A stretch of DNA of 57,630 nt from a virus (Duplodnaviria > Caudoviricetes): positions 1-57,630 of IMG/VR virus record IMGVR_UViG_3300028045_000016, one strand, 5' to 3'. Below the pieces are notes generated by a model. That model saw only the letters and a program-made list of their open reading frames with translations. It was not told the DNA's origin and ran no database searches. The number at the start of each line of letters is the position of its first letter. The first letter of the stretch is position 1. A program made the position numbers and the translations under genes. Below, piece after piece: positions 9,798 to 21,043 of this stretch.

Positions 9798-10937
9798 ATG
9801 GAAATTAAAGTAAAAGCAGTTGACGGTGCTGACGAAAAGTCTGTACAACAAGTTGAGCAAGAACTTTTAGATAAGCACGAACAAAGTCTAGAAGCAGGAA
9901 CCGATTCAGTTGATACTCCTAAAGCGATTATTAAGGAAGAGGTTAAAGAAGAAGTGGTTGAAACCGTAAATGATGGTTTAGAAACAAAAGATAAAACTCA
10001 GTCCTCAGAGTTAAACGAGGAAGACGTTCTTTCATTTATTAAAAACAGATACGGAAGAGAGATTAATTCTCTTGATGATTTAAATCAAGTAAGAGAAGAA
10101 GAACCTCTCCCCGAAGATGTGGCTAAATACTTAAAGTATAAAAAAGATACAGGTCGTGGATTCAATGATTTTGCAAATCTGCAAAAGGATTATGAAGATA
10201 TGGAACCTAATAGATTGCTTAGAGAGTATCTCAAGGCAACGGAAAAAGGATTGGATGATGACGACATTAATGATTTAATGGAAGATTATTCTTATGATGA
10301 AGACCTCGATGACGAGAAGCAAATAAGAAAAATTAAGTTAGCCAAAAAGAAAACAATTGCGAAAGCAAAAGATTATTTTGTAGAACAACAAGAACAGTAT
10401 AAGGTCCCTCTCGAGTCGAGAAGGGAGTCAACCGGTTCCGATGAGAATACAGAAGAGTTAAATGCTTACCGTGATTATATAGCGAATGCTAAGACAGTTC
10501 AGGAACAACAATCTCGTTTGAAGGAGTTGTATGATAAAAAGACTAATGATGTTTTTAGTGAGTTCAAAGGTTTTGAGTTTACGTTAGAAGATAACAACAC
10601 AGTTTATTTTTCTCCCGGTGATGCTACTGAAATTATGAATCAGCAAAACAACCCACAGAATTTTGTTAAAAAATTCTTAGGTGAAAATGGTGAGTTAGTA
10701 GATGGAGTAGGTTACCACAGGTCACTAGCAATGGCGATGCATCCTGATAAGTTTGCAAAGTTTTTTTATGAGCAAGGCAAATCTGCTTCGGCAGATGCAA
10801 CTATGAAGAAGTTAAAAAATGTAAATATGACAACTCGTAGTACTCCTGAAATTACTAAAGCAAATAACGGTTTGCAAATAAAGTCTGTAACTCCTGCTTC
10901 AAGCAGAGGGTTAAAGATTAGGAATAGAAATAAATAA
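9798..10937 (+). CDS. Capsid scaffolding protein
   Basis: Acidic, helical 379 aa between portal and capsid, basic C-terminal tip. Confidence 0.7.
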   Translation: MEIKVKAVDGADEKSVQQVEQELLDKHEQSLEAGTDSVDTPKAIIKEEVKEEVVETVNDGLETKDKTQSSELNEEDVLSFIKNRYGREINSLDDLNQVREEEPLPEDVAKYLKYKKDTGRGFNDFANLQKDYEDMEPNRLLREYLKATEKGLDDDDINDLMEDYSYDEDLDDEKQIRKIKLAKKKTIAKAKDYFVEQQEQYKVPLESRRESTGSDENTEELNAYRDYIANAKTVQEQQSRLKELYDKKTNDVFSEFKGFEFTLEDNNTVYFSPGDATEIMNQQNNPQNFVKKFLGENGELVDGVGYHRSLAMAMHPDKFAKFFYEQGKSASADATMKKLKNVNMTTRSTPEITKANNGLQIKSVTPASSRGLKIRNRNK

Positions 10938-10961
10938 TAACAAAACTAAAAAAAGAAAATT

Positions 10962-12395
10962 ATGAGTGTACAAAGCGTACCCGGATTTGATTTACAACCA
11001 TCAGCACAACAAGTGCCGGTTGCATCAAACTACATAACTAACTTTGATTTCTTGAATCAGTATCTTCCTGATACTTACGAAAAGGAATTTGAGCGTTATG
11101 GAAACAGAACAATCTCCTCATTCCTAAGAATGGTAGGAGCAGAAATGCCATCTAACTCTGACCTTATCAAATGGGCAGAACAAGGAAGATTGCATACTAA
11201 GTATACTGACTGTACAACTGCAGCAGTAATTAATGCTAAAGAAGCTACTTTTGCAGTAAACGATGCAGGTAACCCTGCTTTCGGTGCAAGTAACAGTATC
11301 GCTATTAGAAAAGGACAAACAGTAATGGTATCTGACAATGCAGGTGGTGGTTCCGTAAAAGGAATTGTAACTGATGTTGACTTAGCTAACTTTACTTTTG
11401 ACGTAGCATTTTACCCATTAGCAGGTATTCCTATTGCAGGAGCAGGTGCTAAGTTTACTGTGTTTATCTACGGTTCTGAATTTAAAAAAGGAACAGTAGG
11501 GATGGAAGGAAGCCTAGAAGCTGACGACCTAATCTTCGAGAACTCACCAATTATCATTAAAGATAAGTATGCAGTATCAGGTTCTGATATGGCACAAATC
11601 GGTTGGGTTGAAGTAACTACAGAGAACGGTGCTAACGGATACCTATGGTATTTGAAGTCTGAGCACGAAACTAGATTACGTTTTGACGATTATCTAGAGA
11701 CTGCAATGATTGAAGCAGTTCCTGCTGAAGCAGGTTCAGGTGCAGCAACCGGTGCTATTAACCCTGAGTACGGTAACAAAGGTTCTGAAGGAATCTTCTA
11801 TGTTGTTGGAAACAGAGGTAACGTATGGGCAGGTGGTTCACCAACGGCTCTAACACAATGGGATACTATTATCTCAAGACTTGATAAGCAAGGAGCAATT
11901 GAGGAAAACGTTGTATTTGTAGATAGAGATTTCTCTTTCGACATTGACGATATGCTTTCTCAGCAGTCTTCTAATGCAGCAGGTGGTGTATCTTACGGTC
12001 TTTTTGACAATGAAAAAGATATGGCATTGAACTTAGGATTTACAGGATTCCGTAGAGGTTACGATTTCTACAAGTCTGATTGGAAATACTTGAACGACCC
12101 AACAATGAGAGGTGGTCTTTCTGCAGCAGCAGGTTCAGGTAGAGTAAACGGATTGTTAGTACCTGCAGGTTCTACTTCAGTTTATGACCAAATCTTAGGA
12201 AAGAACGCTAAGAGACCATTCTTGCACGTTAGATATAGAGCTTCTGAAACAGAAGACAGACGTTACAAGACTTGGATTACAGGTTCAGCAGGTGGAGCAA
12301 GAACTTCTAGCTTAGATGCTATGGAGGTACACTTCTTATCTGAAAGAGCAGTATGTACTCTAGGTGCAAATAACTTTATGTTATTCCAATCGTAA
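10962..12395 (+). CDS. Major capsid protein
   Basis: 477 aa after the scaffold, codon usage suggesting high expression, followed by a strong terminator. Confidence 0.85.
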   Translation: MSVQSVPGFDLQPSAQQVPVASNYITNFDFLNQYLPDTYEKEFERYGNRTISSFLRMVGAEMPSNSDLIKWAEQGRLHTKYTDCTTAAVINAKEATFAVNDAGNPAFGASNSIAIRKGQTVMVSDNAGGGSVKGIVTDVDLANFTFDVAFYPLAGIPIAGAGAKFTVFIYGSEFKKGTVGMEGSLEADDLIFENSPIIIKDKYAVSGSDMAQIGWVEVTTENGANGYLWYLKSEHETRLRFDDYLETAMIEAVPAEAGSGAATGAINPEYGNKGSEGIFYVVGNRGNVWAGGSPTALTQWDTIISRLDKQGAIEENVVFVDRDFSFDIDDMLSQQSSNAAGGVSYGLFDNEKDMALNLGFTGFRRGYDFYKSDWKYLNDPTMRGGLSAAAGSGRVNGLLVPAGSTSVYDQILGKNAKRPFLHVRYRASETEDRRYKTWITGSAGGARTSSLDAMEVHFLSERAVCTLGANNFMLFQS

Positions 12396-12409
12396 GATTG
12401 ATTTTAATT

Positions 12410-12438
12410 GGGGGGAGACATTCTCCCCCCTTTTTTTT
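12410..12438 (+). terminator. Rho-independent terminator
   Basis: GGGGGGAGA-CAT-TCTCCCCCC followed by T8. Confidence 0.9.
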
Positions 12439-12461
12439 ACTTTAATTTAATTTTAAATACA

Positions 12462-13217
12462 ATGGCAAAACAAAAGAAACAAAAGTTTGTAGACAAAAGC
12501 TACAAGCTAACAAGAGGTGTAGCACCTTTATCCTATATGCTACCAACAAAACATTCTAAAAGATTTCAACTATTACATTTTGACGAGGATACGGGTACTA
12601 ACCGTGAACTCAGATATGCTCGTAATCAAAACTCCTGTTTTGTAGATGAGCAAGATAAGAATGTAGTATTAGAGCCTATCATTTTTGAAGATGGGTTTCT
12701 TTATGTAGAAAAAGCAAATCAGGTATTACAGAAATTCTTACACTATCATTCATTGAACGGCAAAGCGTTTGTTGAGATTGATGAAAGCAAAGATGCAACA
12801 GACGAGGTTGAAGTATTAATGATGGAAGCTGATGCTTTAGTGGAGGCTAAAACATTATCATTAGAACAACTAGAGAATGTATGTAGAGTATTGTTTGGTG
12901 TAGATACTTCTAAGGTGTCTACTGCAGAAATGAAACGTGATGTATTAGTGTATGCTAAAAACAATCCTAATGACTTCTTAGAGGTTATCGCTGACCCTGA
13001 CTTAAAACTTATGGGCACAGTACAAAGGTTGTTTGATAGTGGCTTTTTAAGTACAAGAAAAAGCAATAAAGAAGTATGGTATAGTACACCAACTAATAAA
13101 ACAAAAATGCTTAACGTACCATTTGGTGAAGAGCCTATAGATTCTGTATGTCAATACTTACAATCTGATGATGGCTTAGATGCCTTACAACATCTAGAAG
13201 CTTTGTTAGAAAAATAA
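12462..13217 (+). CDS. Conserved head-module protein of unknown function (start reassigned to ATG 12462)
   Basis: The track start at 12408 lies in the terminator. MAKQKKQKF follows an A/T-rich leader. Confidence 0.7.
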   Translation: MAKQKKQKFVDKSYKLTRGVAPLSYMLPTKHSKRFQLLHFDEDTGTNRELRYARNQNSCFVDEQDKNVVLEPIIFEDGFLYVEKANQVLQKFLHYHSLNGKAFVEIDESKDATDEVEVLMMEADALVEAKTLSLEQLENVCRVLFGVDTSKVSTAEMKRDVLVYAKNNPNDFLEVIADPDLKLMGTVQRLFDSGFLSTRKSNKEVWYSTPTNKTKMLNVPFGEEPIDSVCQYLQSDDGLDALQHLEALLEK

Positions 13218-13238
13218 GACTCTAACACTAACTATATT

Positions 13239-13275
13239 AAGGGACCTCTTCAAAAACGAAGGGGTCTTTTTTTTT
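13239..13275 (+). terminator. Rho-independent terminator
   Basis: AAGGGACCTCTTC-AAAAAC-GAAGGGGTCTTTT followed by a T run. Confidence 0.8.
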
Positions 13276-13278
13276 CAT

Positions 13279-13286
13279 TATCTTTG
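13279..13286 (+). promoter_or_regulatory. -7 promoter element (TATCTTTG)
   Basis: Immediately after the terminator and upstream of the tail genes. Confidence 0.65.
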
Positions 13287-13303
13287 TAGCAAAAGAATTA
13301 CAG

Positions 13304-14257
13304 ATGATAAATTCAGTTAGACAAACGGTAATGTCCGTCCTGAATAAAAATAACTATGGATACATATCTCCATCTGACTTCAACTTGTTTGCTAAACAAG
13401 CACAGTTGGATTTGTTTGAGAATTATTTTTATGCGTACAACTATCAGATTAGCAAGGAGAATGCTCGTAAATCAGGAACGGGTTATGCCGATATTACAAA
13501 AGGTTTAGAAGAGGTTATTGATACTTTTTCAATTACAAGACCATTAACTATATCTAGTGGTAGTGAATATTTTTTACCTTCATTACTTACAACAAACGAT
13601 GACTATTACTTACTAAATAAAATACTAATAAATAATGAAGTAATATTTAGTGGAACAACTACGACTAACGTAGGTGGTGCCAATCAGATTATTGATACCA
13701 ATGCAGACTTTATAGCGTTGGGAGTTATGGTTGGAGATATAGTTGGAGTTGAAGTACAGGGATACTCTTACAACTTAGTTGTAACAAATGTAACGGTAAA
13801 TACTCTTACAGTAACACCGGGTGTTTTAAATACCTTTCCTTTAAATTATACCATATACCAACCTGACGAAAAAAAGGAAGCAGAGAAAGTTACTCATAGT
13901 AAAATAACTATGTTAAACAATTCGTTGCTTACAAAACCTAACTTGTCATATCCGGCATATACTCAAGAAGGATTGGTTGGACAGGCTTATCCAACAACAA
14001 TAAATAATCCGGGACAATTAATTTGTCAATACATACGATTCCCGTATATCCCTAGATGGACATACGTTACACTATCAAGTGGAGAACCTGCCTTCGATGA
14101 GGGAGCAGCAGACTATCAAGATTTTGAATTACCAAATGATGATGAGGTGAACTTAGTTAATAAAATACTTCAATACGCAGGAATGTCTATTAGAGAAGTT
14201 AGTACGGTTCAGTTTGCTCAGGCAGAAGAGAATGTATCTAACCAACAAGAAAAATAA
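13304..14257 (+). CDS. Putative tail adaptor/ring protein
   Basis: Position after the head module, N-terminal GYISPSDFNLFAKQAQ and C-terminal FELP..LVNKILQYAG. Confidence 0.6.
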   Translation: MINSVRQTVMSVLNKNNYGYISPSDFNLFAKQAQLDLFENYFYAYNYQISKENARKSGTGYADITKGLEEVIDTFSITRPLTISSGSEYFLPSLLTTNDDYYLLNKILINNEVIFSGTTTTNVGGANQIIDTNADFIALGVMVGDIVGVEVQGYSYNLVVTNVTVNTLTVTPGVLNTFPLNYTIYQPDEKKEAEKVTHSKITMLNNSLLTKPNLSYPAYTQEGLVGQAYPTTINNPGQLICQYIRFPYIPRWTYVTLSSGEPAFDEGAADYQDFELPNDDEVNLVNKILQYAGMSIREVSTVQFAQAEENVSNQQEK

Positions 14258-14259
14258 TT

Positions 14260-15183
14260 ATGGCATATATTTCACAATATCAGTATTACGAAAACGGAGG
14301 AGCAAATCCGGAAGATGCCAATTGGGGGTCATATCAATATGTATCACTAGAGGACATCGTAAATAATTTTATGTTAATGTATACAGGAAATCATAGTCTT
14401 GTAAACAACGAAGAAAGATATAAAATTTTGTTTCACGCAAAGAGAGCAATACAAGAATTAAACTATGATGCATTTAAAGAAATAAAAATATTAGAGTTAA
14501 GTGTTTGTGACCAACTTCGATATGTATTACCATCTGACTATGTAAATTGGGTTCGTGTTTCTATTTATCAAAATGGTTTACTTAAACCACTTACAGAAAA
14601 TATTCAGACTAATTGGTCAGGTGCATACTTACAGGATAATGATTGCAGGATATTATTTGATATTGATGGAAACGCATTATCACCACAACAATCTACATTA
14701 GATTTTGATAGGATAAGAGGCACTAAGCAGTCAATATATTTAAACCAAAACTCAGAAATGTATGGCAAGTCAGGATACAACTGTGATGGTAATTGGTATT
14801 TTGAATATGGCATTGGTGCACGTTACGGACTTAATACAGAGACTGCAAATGCAAATCCTACATTTAAGATAAACCCTAAGGGTGGTGTAATAAATTTTAG
14901 TTCAGGAGTTTCAGGAGAGTTGATTGTCCTAGAATATGTTTCAGATGGTATGGAAAATGGTAACGACAGTTCTGTTAACGTAAACAAAATGTTTGAAGAA
15001 TTTATTTATGCTCACATAGAGTTTGCGATTCTTAATTCAAAGGTTGGTGTTCAGGAATATATTATTGCTAGAGCAAAGAAAAGAAAATCAGCATTACTAA
15101 GAAATGCTAAGATTAGAATAAGTAACATACACCCCGGTAGATTATTGATGAATATGAGGGGTAGAGACAAGTGGATTAAGTAA
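14260..15183 (+). CDS. Putative tail adaptor/ring protein 2
   Basis: LPSDYVNWVRV and LEYVSDG motifs, between the adaptor and nozzle genes. Confidence 0.6.
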   Translation: MAYISQYQYYENGGANPEDANWGSYQYVSLEDIVNNFMLMYTGNHSLVNNEERYKILFHAKRAIQELNYDAFKEIKILELSVCDQLRYVLPSDYVNWVRVSIYQNGLLKPLTENIQTNWSGAYLQDNDCRILFDIDGNALSPQQSTLDFDRIRGTKQSIYLNQNSEMYGKSGYNCDGNWYFEYGIGARYGLNTETANANPTFKINPKGGVINFSSGVSGELIVLEYVSDGMENGNDSSVNVNKMFEEFIYAHIEFAILNSKVGVQEYIIARAKKRKSALLRNAKIRISNIHPGRLLMNMRGRDKWIK

Positions 15184-15184
15184 T

Positions 15185-18100
15185 ATGGCGAATACAACAA
15201 GAAACTTTACTCAAGGTAAAATGAATAAGATGGTTGACGAAAGACTCGTTCCAAACGGGGAATACGTTGATGCATTAAATATTCGTATGGGTTCTACAGA
15301 AGGCTCTGAGATTGGAGTTATAGAGAACTCAAAAGGGAACACACAATTAACTACGCTCAGGTTTAATGGAAACCCATTAAGTGAAGGTGCTAGATGTATT
15401 GGTGCTTATGAAGATGGTACTAATGAAACCATTTATTGGTTTGTACACGACCCAACATTTGAAAGTCCCGGTACACCTACAGGTATTGTAGATATGATTG
15501 TATCGTATGACGATAACAGTAATTCAATAACGTATCACGTTATTAGTGTTAATGATGGTGGTGGTGAAAAGACAACATTAAATTTTAATCCTGAATATCT
15601 TATAACAGGAGTAAACTTAGTTGACTCTAAACTATTATTTTTTACAGACAATTATAATGCTCCTAGAAAAATAAACACAGAATTTAATTACGGAGACCCT
15701 ATAGCAGGAGTTGATGGATTTTCTTATGATGAAATATTAGTTATAAAAAAACCACCGGCTACATCTCCGAATGTTAGGCTTATAAACTCTGCAGGAGACT
15801 CTACTTATATGGAGGACAGGTTCTTGTGTTTTGGCTATAGGTACAAGTATAGTGATGATGAGTACTCTGCAACATCTCAGTTTTCAACTGCAGCTTTTAC
15901 TCCCGGAGCGTTTGAGTTTTCTCCTGATAGTTACCTCAACGAGGGTATGGTTAATTTCACAAATACTGCAGAAGTAACTTTTAATTCAGGTGGTCCTTTA
16001 GTGAAAGGTGTTGATATACTCTTCAAAGACAACGATACAAACGTAGTTAAAATTATAGAAAAATTAGATAAAAAGAAAAATGCCTATAGTGATTTTCAAG
16101 ACTATAGCTTTACTTTTACTAATAGTAAAATATTTACAATACTTCCTGAAGCAGAAGTTCTAAGGCTTTATGACAATGTTCCTAGATACGCACAGGCTCA
16201 AACCATTATGGGTAACAGGCTTATGTTTGGTAACTATGTAGAAGGTTATGACCTTACAGACGATGACGGAAATCCAACTCGACTTACTTTCTTTACGAGT
16301 CAAACAAACGAATCAATTGGTATTGAAGATGTGGAGGATGGTGTTAAGGAAGTAAATTATTCAATAGGTCCTGCCAACAATTCTCAGGCAGGTTTTGAAA
16401 TAGACTTCGGTCAAGACATAGACTTAATTGCAGGTTCAGCTATACAGGTGACAATGAGATTTAATCATTCATCTTTTAATGGTACTGCACCTTTCCCTAT
16501 AGAAGAACAAGCTGATACAGAAATTGGATACATATTTAATGTTCAACAAAACTTTAATAGTATTTATGAATATTCTGTAAGTCAATCTTTTTTAGAACAA
16601 GTAGGTACGCTTAGTAATATTAAGCCATTGCAAGATGCTGCAGACCCTGAAAACAATTCTTGTAACGGTGGAACTTTTACAGATGTTTTTTACTGTTCAA
16701 TAAACGCAGCTTTAGATACTTTAGTTAAGAAGGACGGTGGTGTTAGTGCAACAGGTCCACAACCTATACAAGTTATATCTACTCCGGGAAGCAATGTAAT
16801 AACATTAGAATTACCTGCAGTAGAGTTTGTAGATGATATAGCATTACCAACACAATCTGTTTATGAGTATTATGAAATAATTTTTGGTGAAGTTAGCTTT
16901 GCTAAGATTGGAGTAGCAGAAAGCTTACACAGTAACAGAGGGTATGAAGTTGGTATGGTTTATATGGATGAGTTTAATAGAGCAACACCTGCTCTAGTGA
17001 GTCCAAACAACACAGAGCATTTCCCTTGTGGAATGTCTGAATTTAAAAACAGTATTCAGGTAACAATACCAACAACACAGACGGCACCAAGTTGGGCAAA
17101 AAAATATAAATTTGTAGTTAAGCCTGATAAAGAAAAGTATGAAACAATTTATACTAATATATTCTTTGAAGACCCTAATACATCAGCAGCTTATTTTTTA
17201 TTAGAAGGTGAAAACTCACAAAAAATTACTGAGGGACAGAGGCTGATAGTAAAAGCAGATACGAGAGGTGCTTTAAGTAGATGTGTAAACGCTACGGTTT
17301 TAGAGAAAGAATCTAAGACTGCAGACTTCTTAGAAATTCCTGTAGAAGGTGGAGAGTCAGATGAGTTTGTCCCACAACCTGCAGGAACTTATATGAAGAT
17401 GAATACCAACAAGTTTAATGCTGAAGTTGGTAAGGATGCAGTTGTAGATTTTGGTAGAAGAGATAAAACTGCAGATAGAAGAGACCACTATCCTTTGGTA
17501 CAATACCCTGTGAATTTAAATGTAGCAGACCCTAACATACCGGGTTCAACCCATACTGATTATGATATACCTGCAGGTTCTAGAATAGTAATTGATTTAT
17601 TTTTTGAAAGAAAAGGTAGGTCTGACGGTAACAATGCTTGTGAAAGAAGGACATATGAGTTGACAGAAACATATTCTTCAAGTAGCAGTTATGATAGTTT
17701 TTTAGATTGGTTTAATGGAGATAATATTGGAGACACATTAAACAATGGAGTTGCTTTTGCAGGAGATAATTCTTGTCCACCGAATAATGAGTATCTTTCT
17801 ACATTACTTGAAAGTGATTTAGGAAATTCACCGAGTGATATCCCTCAAAGTCTATGTAATAATTACTATCAGTTTTATAGAAATAATACTACTAACGAAT
17901 TATTGTTTTTAGTAAGAGGAACAAGAGCCTGTAGTAGAACAAAAAAACAAAGGTCATATGCTAGGGTAAAGATAACAGTATTTAGAGCAGAGAATACATT
18001 GGTTTTTGAAACACCACCTATTGATGCTTCTCCTGATATTTGGTATGAAGGTGCAGACTCTTATGATGTTGTATCTAAAGATGGAATATGTTCTTTTGAC

Positions 18101-19864
18101 GTAACCGTAGCTGCTGCAGAGCCATCACCAATTGGGTTTGATTATATTGATATGGAAGGTATACCTAGACAGTTTACTGTAGCACCGGGGACTACTGTTA
18201 ATTCAGTTTATGGAGAGTGTGGGTCAATGGCTTTTAGTCCTGCGACACCCCCTGTTTTTGGTGGAAGTATAACTATTGATTCTACTGCAGTTTCAAAAGG
18301 AAATCATATTACTGACATTACACCACAAACAGATTCTCAAGCAGGGGTAGTAAACCTTGGTATGTATAATTGTTTTTCGTTTGGAAACGGTGTAGAAAGT
18401 TATAAGATAAGAGACAGTATACTTGGAAGGCAATTAATATTTGGTAACAGAGTTACCTCTACTCAGGCAATAGATTATGCTGAGGTAAATAGATTTGCCG
18501 ATATAACGTATAGTGGTGTTTACAATGACGAATCCAATGTCAATAGATTAAATGAATTTAATGGAGGTCTTCTAAACTTTAAAGCTTTAGAGGAATCTTT
18601 TGGACCAATTCAAAAACTATTTGCTAGAGAGACAGACGTGCTTACTCTGCAAGAAGATAAAATATCTTATGTATTGTCGGGTAAAAACATACTGTCTGAT
18701 GCAGGTGTTGGTAGTTTGTTACAATCAGTACCCGAAGTTCTAGGTACTCAAGTTGCAAGAATTGAAGAGTTTGGAATAAGCCACAACCCTGAAAGCTTTG
18801 CTCAATGGGGTCCTGAAAAGTATTTTACTGATTCAAAAAGAGGTGTGGTATTAATGCTATCGGGAAGTAGTTATCAAAATGACCAACTTGCAGTTATATC
18901 AGCGATGGGTATGCGTACTTGGTTTAGAGATTTATTTCAAGTTCAAGTCAACACACAGAAGCTAGGAGGATACGACCCTTATATGAATGAATATGTTATT
19001 ACAGGAAATAATGAAAAGCTTCCTGTGATGCTAGATTGTATTGATTGTGGTATAACATCTCAATATAATTTAGATGAACAATTATCTCAATGTTATGACC
19101 TAGGTAATTCCGTGGGTAATGTTGAAATAACTTATGAGATTATAAACATAGTAGGAACTGTTAATCTTGTAGCAACCTATAATAATTTCTCTACTCAGAC
19201 AGGACCTGTTAGTACATCAGGAACTTTGGTAGTTCAAAAAACACTAGCAAACATTAGTGAAATGCAATTAGAAATTATACCAACCGGTAGTGTTGATATT
19301 GAATTCACAGTTAACTGTCCTCTACAAAATGAAATGACTGTTATAAATATTTGTGCCACATCTGATGTTAACTCCGATGATACTGTTCACAATGATTTCA
19401 ATTGGAATCAAAATGGATACTCATCACCTGTTAACTCTGTGCCTATCATATTTGGTTCGGCTAACACAAATCCTGTGGTAAGTTATTATGAAGTAAACTC
19501 AGGAGTTCAAGGAATTGGTAACATACCACCTAACGGAAGTGTTGTAACATTAGCGTTTAACAAATACAGTACAGACGATGCAACGTTTAATTTGAATTTA
19601 AATAAGTTTAGATTTTTACGAAGCGATACATTATACCCTAATACACCTGCAGCAGTTTCTCAGGCAATAGCAGCTTCTACAATAGCATCGCCTATTGACA
19701 GTAGTTTAGCACCTAATTATTACAAAGCTGAATTTACTGTATCAGGAAGTGGAGAGTATCTGTATGTTATTTATGATTATAGAACACCAACATTAATAGA
19801 CCTTTGTCAATCAGATAGTGTACAAGCTGCCTGTTGTGGATGTGATGAGGGACCACAAGTTTAA
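15185..19864 (+). CDS. Tail nozzle/stabilisation protein (P22 gp10 or crAss muzzle-like), N-terminal part
   Basis: N-terminal GKMNKMVDERLVPNGEYVDALN, LFFTDNYNAPRKIN, and GISHNPESFA..YFTDSKRGVVL propeller motifs. Confidence 0.75.
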   Translation: MANTTRNFTQGKMNKMVDERLVPNGEYVDALNIRMGSTEGSEIGVIENSKGNTQLTTLRFNGNPLSEGARCIGAYEDGTNETIYWFVHDPTFESPGTPTGIVDMIVSYDDNSNSITYHVISVNDGGGEKTTLNFNPEYLITGVNLVDSKLLFFTDNYNAPRKINTEFNYGDPIAGVDGFSYDEILVIKKPPATSPNVRLINSAGDSTYMEDRFLCFGYRYKYSDDEYSATSQFSTAAFTPGAFEFSPDSYLNEGMVNFTNTAEVTFNSGGPLVKGVDILFKDNDTNVVKIIEKLDKKKNAYSDFQDYSFTFTNSKIFTILPEAEVLRLYDNVPRYAQAQTIMGNRLMFGNYVEGYDLTDDDGNPTRLTFFTSQTNESIGIEDVEDGVKEVNYSIGPANNSQAGFEIDFGQDIDLIAGSAIQVTMRFNHSSFNGTAPFPIEEQADTEIGYIFNVQQNFNSIYEYSVSQSFLEQVGTLSNIKPLQDAADPENNSCNGGTFTDVFYCSINAALDTLVKKDGGVSATGPQPIQVISTPGSNVITLELPAVEFVDDIALPTQSVYEYYEIIFGEVSFAKIGVAESLHSNRGYEVGMVYMDEFNRATPALVSPNNTEHFPCGMSEFKNSIQVTIPTTQTAPSWAKKYKFVVKPDKEKYETIYTNIFFEDPNTSAAYFLLEGENSQKITEGQRLIVKADTRGALSRCVNATVLEKESKTADFLEIPVEGGESDEFVPQPAGTYMKMNTNKFNAEVGKDAVVDFGRRDKTADRRDHYPLVQYPVNLNVADPNIPGSTHTDYDIPAGSRIVIDLFFERKGRSDGNNACERRTYELTETYSSSSSYDSFLDWFNGDNIGDTLNNGVAFAGDNSCPPNNEYLSTLLESDLGNSPSDIPQSLCNNYYQFYRNNTTNELLFLVRGTRACSRTKKQRSYARVKITVFRAENTLVFETPPIDASPDIWYEGADSYDVVSKDGICSFDVTVAAAEPSPIGFDYIDMEGIPRQFTVAPGTTVNSVYGECGSMAFSPATPPVFGGSITIDSTAVSKGNHITDITPQTDSQAGVVNLGMYNCFSFGNGVESYKIRDSILGRQLIFGNRVTSTQAIDYAEVNRFADITYSGVYNDESNVNRLNEFNGGLLNFKALEESFGPIQKLFARETDVLTLQEDKISYVLSGKNILSDAGVGSLLQSVPEVLGTQVARIEEFGISHNPESFAQWGPEKYFTDSKRGVVLMLSGSSYQNDQLAVISAMGMRTWFRDLFQVQVNTQKLGGYDPYMNEYVITGNNEKLPVMLDCIDCGITSQYNLDEQLSQCYDLGNSVGNVEITYEIINIVGTVNLVATYNNFSTQTGPVSTSGTLVVQKTLANISEMQLEIIPTGSVDIEFTVNCPLQNEMTVINICATSDVNSDDTVHNDFNWNQNGYSSPVNSVPIIFGSANTNPVVSYYEVNSGVQGIGNIPPNGSVVTLAFNKYSTDDATFNLNLNKFRFLRSDTLYPNTPAAVSQAIAASTIASPIDSSLAPNYYKAEFTVSGSGEYLYVIYDYRTPTLIDLCQSDSVQAACCGCDEGPQV

Positions 19865-19873
19865 AATTAAATT

Positions 19874-21031
19874 ATGCCAAATTATTATATTGACGGAACG
19901 AATTTAAATAATGCAGTAGCAGTTTACTCTGACCCTGCATTAACTCAATGTGCACCTGCAGGATTTTATTCTGATGGTGTAATAGCTAGAGAACAAGTAT
20001 TAGCAGGTTCGGTATGTAATTTATTACCACCTCAAGCTTGTCCTTCTTGTGCAACACCTTGTGGAGATAGTATTGCAGCTTCTACAAGTGATGCAGGTGT
20101 TTATTATTTAGATATGGATTTAGGTGGAACTACAACAGACACGGGTGCTATTGTTGTACTGTTTGACCCTAGGAGTTTCCCTGATGGAATCGAAGCTACT
20201 TATGATGGAGTTGTGTACAACACACTATCATCGCCTGTATATGGATTACTACAAGGGACTGCAGGTTTACCAACCTATGTTGGTTCTACGGCAGGAGACT
20301 GTGGAATTTCAGGGTCAACATATAATTTAGCAGTTAATCAATATGTTGGAACAGGGTTTCAACCTACAGGAAATACTGAAAGTGTTTTTGTTAATCCGGG
20401 TTCTGTTCAAGTTACTGCTCAATTACCGGGTGATAATATTATGGTTATACCTAAACCAAACCAAAGTCCAACAACTATAAACTTTAAGTTTATAGGTCCT
20501 TGTGGTGGGACAGTATTTGACCTTGCAGTAGATTGCCCTGCTGCTATTCCTTCTATGATTTCTAGTGGACCAAAAAACACAAGTGCCTTAGCTTGTGCTG
20601 CCTTACTTGATAATGTTTTATATCACGTTCCTGTAGTTAATAGAACCGTACAAAACGTAATAGAAATTAATGACTATGTTTTTGTAGATGAGAATGGAGC
20701 GACACCTGCTAATTTAGGTTGGTATCAACATTCTTCAGGATATGTTTTTGAAGTTGGACCATCGGGTGTTGTTATTGCAAAACAAACTAATTGTGGAACC
20801 ATTACAGTAGATGATTGTAACGGAGGTGGACTATACACAATGAATGATAGATTTGGAACTAATGTTACAGGAGAGGTTATTGAGTATAAGAGAATAAACC
20901 AAGTAACAGGAGTGTTAGAGAGTGGTATCTATTGTGGTACAATTCAAAGCACAGGAACAGGGGTTACAACAAACGCAATGCAATATAATTTCTTAGACCG
21001 TGATTGTGGAGATACAACTCATTGTCCTTAA
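19874..21031 (+). CDS. Cys-rich virion tail protein
   Basis: 385 aa, APAGFYSDG, CPSCATPCG, many Cys, in the tail module. Confidence 0.6.
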   Translation: MPNYYIDGTNLNNAVAVYSDPALTQCAPAGFYSDGVIAREQVLAGSVCNLLPPQACPSCATPCGDSIAASTSDAGVYYLDMDLGGTTTDTGAIVVLFDPRSFPDGIEATYDGVVYNTLSSPVYGLLQGTAGLPTYVGSTAGDCGISGSTYNLAVNQYVGTGFQPTGNTESVFVNPGSVQVTAQLPGDNIMVIPKPNQSPTTINFKFIGPCGGTVFDLAVDCPAAIPSMISSGPKNTSALACAALLDNVLYHVPVVNRTVQNVIEINDYVFVDENGATPANLGWYQHSSGYVFEVGPSGVVIAKQTNCGTITVDDCNGGGLYTMNDRFGTNVTGEVIEYKRINQVTGVLESGIYCGTIQSTGTGVTTNAMQYNFLDRDCGDTTHCP

Positions 21032-21043
21032 TAAAAATAAAAT

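Noticed and set aside
12408-12461. Track start of the 269-aa ORF
   Set aside because: It runs through the capsid terminator hairpin. ATG 12462 is the plausible start.
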